The notes beneath the pieces were generated by a model. The model made no database searches. It worked only from the letters and a program-made list of their open reading frames with translations, and was not told the DNA's origin. The position numbers were made by a program, and so were the translations under genes. From NCBI GenBank assembly GCA_046563655.1, contig CM102288.1, positions 5,332,001 to 5,396,000 on the forward strand: 64,000 bases of DNA, written 5' to 3'. Below are positions 1 through 9,437 of the stretch, in pieces; within the stretch, counting starts at the first letter, position 1, and the number at the start of each line of letters is the position of its first letter. The stretch comes from Yuukianura sp. NJ FZ-2021. Its lineage: Eukaryota.

Positions 1-2007
1 GACGAAAGGATTATCAACAAAGTCAAAAATTTGAAACTCACCTCCAACGACACTTCTCTACACCATTTTTTCAAAGAGGTAACAGTTTTCAAAATTTTGA
101 AACTCCTTGAGTAGCATGATTTTTAACAAACGTATTTTTGGTTTTTAAGAGTTCGCAACCATGCAGTCAAATGATTCCCCTCTGCGTCTGGCGTGACAAT
201 GTCCGCAATTGCAGCGAACTTTTTAGACACATCGAAACCGGTACAAACTATTGCTTACCCTTGAAAATTTTTGATTCGAAATTTTGAAAACTTTTGGTTT
301 ACAGATTTTGGAAAATGCTGCACGTTCAACATGGCTCCCCAACTCCTCCTAACAACATTCAAGTATGAGGCATGCGATATGGAATTCAATTTTCAGATAT
401 TCTCGAAAAAACAAAATTTTTCGATAACTTCTGCTTTTGATTTTGAAAATTGCAGTAATCCAGCCAACGCGAGTGTGAAATCCAGAGAAGCTGCTGCTGC
501 GTGGAGCTCAGTCGGCTCTTCTTTGGACACGGAGGACCTTCTTCCGAAAACAACCGAAGCCAAAGAGCGACTTGCCGAATTTCCATTTCCGCGTCGCGCC
601 AGAAGCGCTGGAAAAACTTACGGTCTCTCTTTCCTCTTACGGCCGGATTTACCCGAGTACTTTTGCAGTGGATCTGATTCAATAGGATTCAGAGTAAAAC
701 TAACAAAATTTCAGCAAAAGCTGAATAGTTTATGAATTTTTACATTTTTAATATTTCATAATTTTTAATTTTGAAATTCTTAAGATCACTACCCATTTTA
801 CGACAGCGATGCCTCACCTGATTGACTTTGGGACTGTGGTTGAACCGAGTTCAGAAGCTTTCATTCAGGTCACTCCAGACATCACCATTGGAGATGACAG
901 CATCAAAGGACTTTCACTCGTAAGGGGGTCAAAGGTCATCAGAGGTCATTGATCTTTCGAGGGTCAATGACCTTCAGTTATGGAAAGATCAATGTTACAA
1001 GTAGGTCATTGACTTTTCTTAGGAAAGCAGAAGATGCTACCTGAAGGGAGAGTTTACTCTTAAATTTTATCGATTCTACACAAGGGAGAACTGTATTGAT
1101 GAGTGCGTGACAAACACCACTTTTGAGGTAAAAGCAATTTTTTTTTTTCGAAAATTCACTCAAGATTGAACAAAAATTGCAAAAAATTTTCCAATTTGCA
1201 TACGTTATACGCTTACGTCAGAATTGCCATTGTGTTCGCTACTACATGACAAGTGAGACAAACACTTTGTTCAAAAAAACTTTTGAAAAATTTTTTTTCA
1301 CAGAAAAATAAAAAAAATCGTAACAATTTTTTTTTGAAAATTGCAAAAACTGCCAGATGATGGAACTCAACAGTTGTGTGGACCAACAAAATTCAATTGT
1401 ACGGAAATTGTACGTCGTAAGTGAAAAGTCTTCAATTAACTTGATTTTTGACAATTTGAAAATTGGCGGGGTTTTTATTTCTAGATAAAATTTTGAATGC
1501 GAGAGACGGACAATTCTGCCACCAATGTAGACCAACTTGCACTGAAATCAGCTACAGCACCGCCACCACATTCACTCCCTTGCAAAGCGATCATGAACTT
1601 TGGAGCAGCACTACCAATACGTAAATACAAAAAATACAACAAACAATTAGCTCAGCACAAATTACTCTAAAAAGTAATTACTTTTGAACTTATTACTGTT
1701 GAACTGCTTAGAACGAATCACAACGCCTCCATTGTCCACCTTTTCTTCTCTGAGCAAAGTTTCTACCCCAAAATTCGGAAGGAATTGTTTGGCATCACTG
1801 ATCTGACTGGTGAATTTTTTTTTACAATATCACAGAAACTTAATTTTTAAAAACATATTTATAAATAGAATTCTGTTTAACATTAATTTCGTTATAATTT
1901 CAGCGAGTGTTGGTGGTTTGCTGGGCCTTTGCCTTGGTTTCAGTGCGTTGAGTGCTGTCGAACTTATTTATTTTCTCACAATCCGACCATGGGCCGCAAG
2001 ACCTTAA
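1..2007 (+). CDS. ppk: pickpocket / DEG-ENaC sodium channel subunit, 5'-truncated by the window edge, multi-exon
   Basis: Approximate exons <1-78, 150-240, 305-362, 456-693, 785-919, 1023-1127, 1222-1252, 1357-1416, 1485-1620, 1712-1809, 1904-2007 join in frame at GT-AG sites. They give DEG/ENaC hallmarks: CSELFRHIETDFGKCCTFN, GKTYGLSFLL, a Cys-rich thumb (RRCYL...ENCIDEC...NCHC...CRPTCTEISY) and TM2 ASVGGLLGLCLGFSALSAVELIYF with the GxS selectivity filter. Confidence 0.92.
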
Positions 2008-2545
2008 GCAGTTTTTTTTTCATTTAAAAATTTTGGATCGTATATAAAAATTCAAACATTTTTTTTGGAATTTTTAAAACTCACTGATGAAGATTCGAAT
2101 TTTTGTTTATAAACAACCTTCGACTGCTATCCATCAACAAATTTTTGCTCAAAAGTAGTTTTGTTTTGTAAAAACAAGAAAAGCTTTTTTGAAGTCAACT
2201 TAATCATATAATATCGTGACTGTTTTTGAGGTCACGTCAAAGGCAAGTTAAGTCCTGTGATATCGTGTCCACTTTAAGGAACGAGCATTTTCAGGCTTGC
2301 CAATGGTTCTAGTATTCAGAACTAAATATTAATGAAATTGAAAGTAAATTTACGTTTGGATTAGGAAAATGCTTGGGAAAATATCCATGAAATTATTTAG
2401 CAATTCAAAGAAACGCGCGATTCGACTTTCGTAAAGTTCAAGGTAATTATACAATTCGCGACAGTTATTGCCTCGTGTGAACTTGAAATCTTATAACTTT
2501 TTAGTTGTGTGTTAACAGTTGCTTTAAAGAAAACACGATTTCAAA

Positions 2546-4978
2546 ATGAGTTTAATTATACTGTTGGTTTTAAATTTATTACTATTCTTACCTATTAATT
2601 GTGCTTTTGACAATCGGGAGTTAATGGTGGAAAATTTAAATCAATACTTGAACTTTTTCCACGATTGCAGAGTCCATCTCTATTTTGACAACAAGAATGT
2701 CGGTTTAGAGGAACCTTCAATTCCTGTCTACATTGGAAACGTAAGTTCGACTACCAGTCCAACCAGTCTTGACAATTTCTTCACCACTAAAACTCTACAA
2801 AATTGGCACTATGAGTTGTATCTAAACGCCTCCGATTCAACATCTCACTTTTGTGTCATCTATTTCTTTATTCATTACAAAATGAATTGGGCTGGATTCT
2901 TTGGGACGAATGCATTTCAACGAGGCGAATTTCTATTTTTTCCTGGAGCAACAGCTTCCTTTGTTGTTTTCCATGATCCTAAAGTAGAAGAGCCACGAAA
3001 GAATACTGGGGGCAAATATTGGGTAAACTATGAAATTCCATATGCAATTTGTAAGCTACAAGGGAAACTTTTGTACCAAAGAGAGGCTCATCGGCGTTAC
3101 TTTGCTGTAAACAAAATTGTACTTGGTGAATTTCTGAACAGAAGAGATGATGTGTTTCCAATCCCTTTGATTTGCAGATTGGTCCATGATAAACAGAGTT
3201 GCTTACCAAGAAAGCAAATGCTTCATATAACCCTATATAAAAATAGTCAAGGAGAGTTCACACGGTTTGGAGTAGGTGGGAAACGTTGCGGCCCAACCGA
3301 TGTTAACATTACTGATGAAATCGTTACTAAATTTTTTGGTCCTCCGCAAAAGATGGTGATGAATACATTATGGTTGAGCAACTCAATTGATACAACGAGA
3401 ATAGATCATGATGATGTTCATGGATACTCCTTGGACGGAGTCAGTAACTTTGATATCCATCTTCTACTTGACTTGGTTGGTGCCACAATTAGGTGTTTTA
3501 CGGTAATCCATAAAGAAAAATTTACGGACCCACCGAAAAATGGTTCCTATTTTTTAATGCCAATGAATCAACTACTGTTAGACGATGTTATAAGAGTGTT
3601 CGGAATTGCCAGAAGACCAGCATTTGTGGACTACTATTCGTCTTGGCCCAAGATGGTTGTACAAACGGAAATAAACAAAGTGCTATTTGCAACTTGTGAT
3701 GGTGTTCACACTGCATTGTCTTTTGAAATTTATTTGGATCCATTCGACTGGCATATCTGGCTGTTCATGGCTTTTTCTGTCGTCTTAATTCCTACGTCGC
3801 TGGCCGGGATAACACTATTAAAACAACATAAAGCACAACACGTCATAATTTTTGCAAAGTACGTCGAATCTGCACTGCTTACCTTAGTTGACGTAAGTTC
3901 CAGTATTAGTGACAAGGTACTGGAAAAACTACAACTAAAATCCTACCATCGAGTTGTGTTTGGAACATGGCTCATACTGTGCGTTGTGTTGGTCAATGCA
4001 TACAAGGGGCTGTTTACCTCCCAAATGTCTGGGCCACTAAAACCGCAACATACGTACATAAAACCAACAGACCTCGGAGGCTTTTTACTATTTGGAGCAG
4101 GCTCAAAACTATGGCCCGAATTTATGCAAAATATCAAAAACAAGACTGATGTATATATTAACCCAGTGTACTGCGACTGCTTGGATCTTGGCATTCGTGT
4201 CGGCCCAAAGAGGTCGCACGACGATTGTGGTGCTTTGAAAAGAGTTAGAGCTCAATTGGACTACGTCCGCTCGAACTATGTCACAAACACGACAGTAACA
4301 GACGCTTTCTGTCGCCAGCTTCCGCCTGAAGTTGCAGCTGACTATTGGACAATCTTTCAACTGGGTGGGTCTGACGCAAATGCAAAACTAAATTGTACGC
4401 GCAACAGTTGCAAACCGGTGTTTATAAGCTACTTATTCTCTGGCATGGACGAAGAAGATAAAATTTCTAAGTTTGCCGAATGTGATAAGGTTGCAGTTAT
4501 GGATTACAAAGATGACGTTCACTACATTGTAAATAACTTAGTTATAGAGTCCCAGGGCAATAAGTCAGTTCCCAATCAGTTTACCATAGGAAAAGAACCA
4601 GTGGCTTCAACATGGGAGGGGTATGTTCTTGAGCGCCCCTATCCAAAACTTAGACTTGCTCAGTCCAGGATTCTCCAAAGGTTGCAAGCTCTCGTCGAAA
4701 ATGGAATTCAAACGTTTTGGCAAGGGTGGTTTGAGTGTATAACAGAAGCACAAATTAGTACATTGGAAACTAAAGAAACGGCGGCAAAGGTACGGCTGTT
4801 ACCGAAAACGATTACACTGGAAACAAACATTGTGTCCAGTGGTATTGTGTGGGCTGTCGGAGTTGTAGCTGCTATGGTGGTTTTCATTGGTGAGAAGTGC
4901 TCAGTCATGGACTCCCGTACAGTTTGGATGGAGTTTCAGCTATTACTGTGCATTTACAGCTTTAGCCGAAAAAATTAG
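2546..4978 (+). CDS. Divergent intronless ionotropic receptor (IR / variant iGluR family), 810 aa
   Basis: Single ORF with a signal peptide, the pre-M1 motif LDPFDWHIWLFM, the M3-like segment RVVFGTWLILCVVLVNAYKGLFTSQMSGP, the S2 end RLQALVENGIQTFW and a C-terminal TM segment ending VFIGE. This architecture is typical of divergent arthropod IRs. Confidence 0.85.
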   Translation: MSLIILLVLNLLLFLPINCAFDNRELMVENLNQYLNFFHDCRVHLYFDNKNVGLEEPSIPVYIGNVSSTTSPTSLDNFFTTKTLQNWHYELYLNASDSTSHFCVIYFFIHYKMNWAGFFGTNAFQRGEFLFFPGATASFVVFHDPKVEEPRKNTGGKYWVNYEIPYAICKLQGKLLYQREAHRRYFAVNKIVLGEFLNRRDDVFPIPLICRLVHDKQSCLPRKQMLHITLYKNSQGEFTRFGVGGKRCGPTDVNITDEIVTKFFGPPQKMVMNTLWLSNSIDTTRIDHDDVHGYSLDGVSNFDIHLLLDLVGATIRCFTVIHKEKFTDPPKNGSYFLMPMNQLLLDDVIRVFGIARRPAFVDYYSSWPKMVVQTEINKVLFATCDGVHTALSFEIYLDPFDWHIWLFMAFSVVLIPTSLAGITLLKQHKAQHVIIFAKYVESALLTLVDVSSSISDKVLEKLQLKSYHRVVFGTWLILCVVLVNAYKGLFTSQMSGPLKPQHTYIKPTDLGGFLLFGAGSKLWPEFMQNIKNKTDVYINPVYCDCLDLGIRVGPKRSHDDCGALKRVRAQLDYVRSNYVTNTTVTDAFCRQLPPEVAADYWTIFQLGGSDANAKLNCTRNSCKPVFISYLFSGMDEEDKISKFAECDKVAVMDYKDDVHYIVNNLVIESQGNKSVPNQFTIGKEPVASTWEGYVLERPYPKLRLAQSRILQRLQALVENGIQTFWQGWFECITEAQISTLETKETAAKVRLLPKTITLETNIVSSGIVWAVGVVAAMVVFIGEKCSVMDSRTVWMEFQLLLCIYSFSRKN

Positions 4979-5737
4979 TTTTGACTATTGCTGAATAGTT
5001 AGTAAAAGTTTTAGAATAACCACACCATGAAGTATTTTGAACACGTTCCTATTAGTTTAAAAACCAAACTTCCTTTGAATATTTGAAAGTTGGAGACATA
5101 TCCCAACCGGGAACCAAGCTTTCTTTGTAATTTCAGTCGCTTGCAAAACAAAAAATGTTGTCAATGTTTTTTTTTGCCTTAACCAGAATCCTTTAAAAAA
5201 TACTTACAACACCAGCGAACAAAATGCAACCAGAATTTCTCCTAAAAGTTGTGTAAAGGGGAAGTTGAACCAATTGTAATTGTAAATAAAATAAGTTGTG
5301 ATTCCGCTTTCACATTTTGAGAGAGAAAATTAAGACTATTTTTTTTTTGTTACTCAAATTTTTCAGACGATTATAAAGAATTGAAACTGTTACTAAATGA
5401 AGTTGCAACATGGATTTCAACTAAATGTACTTGTAGAAGAATACGCAGGTCTAATTCGATTGAGTTAAGGCAACGCGGAGTAATGTAGTGGCTAAGTCGC
5501 GTGTAACCCCAGTAGGAACAATTTTGGGAAATTTCGCCGGAATGCTCTAGGAAGGTGGGATTTCGCTTTTTTCTATCTTTAGATTTTTCAAATAATTTCT
5601 AATAACTCTAAATTAACCCAATTAAAAACGCGTATATACATCATGTCGTGATTTTTGTTTCACAAAATGTTGGGCGAAATTTATTTGAAAAGTGATTCGA
5701 ACTATTTCCCAAGTAAAAGTCAATTAACGTAAAGTTT

Positions 5738-5747
5738 GGAATTTCCC
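5738..5747 (-). promoter_or_regulatory. NF-kappaB (Rel) binding site GGGAAATTCC upstream of the MiAMP1-like gene
   Basis: The plus strand reads GGAATTTCCC, i.e. GGGAAATTCC on the minus strand, an exact match to GGGRNNYYCC about 90 bp upstream of the TATA box. Near-matches GGGAAATTTC at 5526 and GGGATTTCGC at 5557. Confidence 0.55.
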
Positions 5748-5834
5748 TTAATTAGTTTTTTTAATCGTTTCGTCTGAACCAATTGAACCTAATCTCAATA
5801 TCCGGGTTAATTAGCAGAATCCAGGCTATGTATG

Positions 5835-5841
5835 TATAAAT
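5835..5841 (+). promoter_or_regulatory. TATA box of the MiAMP1-like gene
   Basis: TATAAAT 110 bp upstream of the ATG at 5945. Confidence 0.55.
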
Positions 5842-5944
5842 ACCGTTAAATCTTTCTTTTGCACTAACTTATAAACAAAGTTTACAAAACGCGTATATTA
5901 TTTTTGAGGAGAAAAGTTGCGAATTTTCTGCTTCTCGAAAAATT

Positions 5945-6322
5945 ATGGCCATGCCAACTTTATTGAGCATTTTTGTCGTCGTTTTGGTCTTCGGGGTTAT
6001 TGGTAAAAAAAATGATATTATTCAGACAAAAGTTAAACTTGAAGAGCAATCTACTAAATCGTTTTTTAAAGTTGCAGTAGATGGAAGTCGTTTCGTAGCC
6101 TCGAGCTACAGCAACTTCAGTGGAAGCAAAAGTACAATCACGGCTTGTGGCTGCAGCAGCATTACACGGAGCGGCTCCTACAAATGGACTGCGCAGGGTC
6201 AAACTGGGCGTGTGTACAACCAAGGAAACTGCCAAGGAGTTGCTGATTTTACGTTGGCTTCGGACACAGATACACAACAAGCCTCTGGATTTGGATGGAA
6301 AAGTATATTTATTGTTTGCTAA
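5945..6322 (+). CDS. Secreted antimicrobial peptide of the MiAMP1 (plant beta-barrelin) family, 2 exons
   Basis: Exon 1 (5945-6002) encodes most of a signal peptide. An in-frame phase-1 intron runs 6003-6071, or 6003-6077 with the alternative AG. The 78-aa mature peptide SRFVASSYSNFSGSKSTITACGCSSITRSGSYKWTAQGQTGRVYNQGNCQGVADFTLASDTDTQQASGFGWKSIFIVC carries the MiAMP1 motifs CGCS, GQTxxxYNQxxCxGVA and the terminal FGWKSIFIxC. Confidence 0.9.
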   Translation: MAMPTLLSIFVVVLVFGVIGKKNDIIQTKVKLEEQSTKSFFKVAVDGSRFVASSYSNFSGSKSTITACGCSSITRSGSYKWTAQGQTGRVYNQGNCQGVADFTLASDTDTQQASGFGWKSIFIVC

Positions 6323-7355
6323 CACAACATAAACTAAAGGGTTACTTAAGCTCCGTTACACAAGATAAGTTATCTTAGACTAGGTAACATAACTTAATCT
6401 AGTGAGGTCATGTAGTTACGTGACCTGGCTAAGCTCACTAACTAACTTAACTCACTAACCTAAAATCCAATCACACCAAAACTTGGTCACTTCATTACCA
6501 TCATACAAAAATTTGCTAATAGTGCGCTTCTGAAATTTGGACACAATTAAAATTCTTTCCCTGAAAACCGTTTAGGAAATAATAAGTTGATGCTTCTGAA
6601 ATTTATTTTTCTTAACTTACAATCTCTTTCCTCAAAATTTGTTCTCGTTTTGCAATTTTTTAGTTACATAAGTAAGAAACGATCTGCCAAGAATTCTTCC
6701 GGCTTGTTCCAAATTTGAGAACCGTGCAAAATTTTCCACAAATTTGGTATAAAAATTGTATCCTTTGTGGTACTATAAATCACGTAAACTCAAAATTGTA
6801 ACTTTTGCGCTACATGGTGGATAACCAACACCGGGAAAATGGATACAAATTTCGTGTATTGCAACTTTACCGTGACGTATGTTCATCTAACCAAACGAGG
6901 CAAATGGTTTTGTAATATTATTTTTCAAGTGTTTTAACTTTAAAAAAGCATTGAAAAAAAAATAACATAATGCCCAGAAAAAATTGAAATTTTTAATCCT
7001 TGTGTAAGTGTTTCTTTCGAACTTTTTAATATATGGCCGTTGGCTCGGGCGACCTTCACTGAAATGCGGAACTGAAGCGAGGTCAAGCACTAGTTTTAAC
7101 GCCAGTTCAGAACCGACTTTGAATTAATTACGGAGACAGTGGTGTCGAAATTTTGAAGAATCTGTTGAAAACGGGGTTGAGTGAAGTGGCCCAGTCGTGG
7201 TCAAATTTATCAGGTTGCGGTTAGGAGCTTTCCTGTTTCCAGCAATTTGACTTAATTAACTTCGACTAATTTACAGCCAAAGATTCATCAGGCGATGGAT
7301 TTTAAGTTTCGGAAGCACAAGCACACGCAGTGTCTCTTTGACACTATTTCACATC

Positions 7356-9437
7356 ATGAGTTGGTTCAGTTGCTGCTTGAATTGCTTTTACTGCTTCCGG
7401 AAACGGAGTCGACGCACGCGCAGACTCGATGGAGACAGCCAGCAACAAGCCATGATTCTACAGGAAAATTCAGCTCAGAAAAATTACACTGATTTGGGCA
7501 ATGTTCTTCCTTCCACGTCCAACAAAGGACTTGTAAGTACACAACGTTTTCCTTAAAAAACATTTTTTTGATAGAATTTCAAACGAAAAAATGTTGGTTT
7601 ACTAAATTTGTGCTTAGGAAATCGTGGTTGAGCTAACTATTAATATTACTAAATTGACAGAGTGAAAAGCAATTCTTGGATGGCGTAGAGGGACTAATGG
7701 ACGATGCAGAAAACGTACCAAAAGCTAATTTGGGAAGACTTAAATTCCGCGTAAATTTCAAAATTTTAATGAAATTCCGATTTTAAAAATCTTATAACAC
7801 AATTTAAATTTGGTTTTAATTTCCCAGCTTCAACATGACCCAATTGCCAAGTCACTTTCAGTCTTCGTGCTAGAAGCCGATGGTCTACCAGCTATGGGTA
7901 ATTGCAAAAAAAGTTAATCAAAATTTGTACAGTGTTACAATTTTTTTTTTGAAAAACACGTTTAATGCATATGCAGATCTTGGCGGCACATCTGACCCTT
8001 ACGTTAGAATTTCTCTGCTGCCGGAACGTGAAGGCCAATTGAAAACATTTGAAACTCGAGTTCAACAGAAAACTGTTACTCCATCTTTCAATGAATGTTT
8101 TGTCTTTCCGGTATTCAAAAAAGTCCTAAAATTGAAAGAAAAAAAAATTTCGTCTGTTTTTTGAGTGTTAAAAACTTTGTGTTTTTTTTTTTTGGTAGAA
8201 TGTGCCATTCAGTGAATTGATGAACAAGACGCTGGTATTGGCAATGTTTGACTTTGACCGCTTTTCAAAGCATGATCCCATTGGAGAGCTGCGTATTCCC
8301 CTCTTTTCTGTGGATTTTATCCACCCTGTTGACGAGTGGCGCCCTCTTCAACCCATTGAAGATTCGGATATGCGCGGAAACAAGTTAGGCGAGCTTTGTT
8401 TCTCACTGCGTTACGTCCCCACCTCTGGAAAACTAACAGTCGTCATAATGGAGGCTAAGAATTTAAAGAAGATGGACATGGGCAGCGGCCTTTCGGGTTA
8501 GTTTTTGAAATGGGTATGACACAAACTCCTAGAAAAGGTATTAGTCCGTTCGACCTTGCTGTATTTTTATCACTTATTATGGGAACTATGAACGTCGTTT
8601 TATGAAATATCAATTGAATCATCAATTTTTAACTTCTCGAGACAACTAGATCATAAAAAGTTTGGGGTCAAAGGTCACCTAAGGTCACATAAGTGGTAGT
8701 TTTTAAAGTCCGGTCGCACTGACTCTATCTTCTTATAGGGTTACTTGTGTTATGCCTTTTCTATTAACTTTATATTAAACTATTTCATATTAATTTATTT
8801 GTATTGTAGATCCATTTATCAAGATCTATTTGATGCAAAAAGGGAAGCGTTTGAAGAAAAAGAAAACGACAATTAAAAAACGAACACTCAATCCATACTA
8901 CAATGAGTCATTCACATTCGATGTTCCATTCAAGAACATTCCGGTATACTCCTAAAAACTAAAAACAAATAATACATCAACAAACTTCATTAACATAAAC
9001 AGCATGAGTATAAACACAAAGCTCTTGGCATATATGTTCTAACACACAATGTGACTAATGGAACGATAAAATTCGTTGTTTTACTCGTTTTTTTACCAGT
9101 ATTTGTTTGCTTACTTTTTGCACTTTTAGTGTCACCGTTTCGTGGATTCGTGTGCGCGAAGTGGCTAAAGTGGCTATATCTATTTTGCATTATAAGTGAA
9201 AACCTCCAGCAAAATTTTAGTCGTCAAAATTTTACTTTTTAGGACATTTCTTTGGTGTTGACGGTAATTGACTACGATCGGCTGTCCAAGTCGGATCCAA
9301 TTGGACGTGTTGTGGTGGGTTCGAAGGCGGGAGGACTTGAATTGCGCCATTGGACGGACATGTTAGCATCTCCTAGAAGACCAATTGTTCAGTGGCATAT
9401 TCTGAGAGACCCAGACGATAAGAGAGACGACGATTAA
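7356..9437 (+). CDS. Synaptotagmin-1-like tandem C2A-C2B protein, 7 coding exons
   Basis: Exons 7356-7532, 7661-7750, 7828-7897, 7977-8110, 8199-8497, 8810-8943, 9243-9437 splice in frame. C2[15 protein letters not shown] and [11 protein letters not shown]2[16 protein letters not shown], polybasic [22 protein letters not shown] and C-terminal QWHIL. The start codon is less certain than the rest. Confidence 0.92.

Noticed and set aside
5960..6325. 121-aa antisense ORF over the MiAMP1-like gene
   Set aside because: No recognisable features. The plus strand has the signal peptide, splice sites and family motifs.
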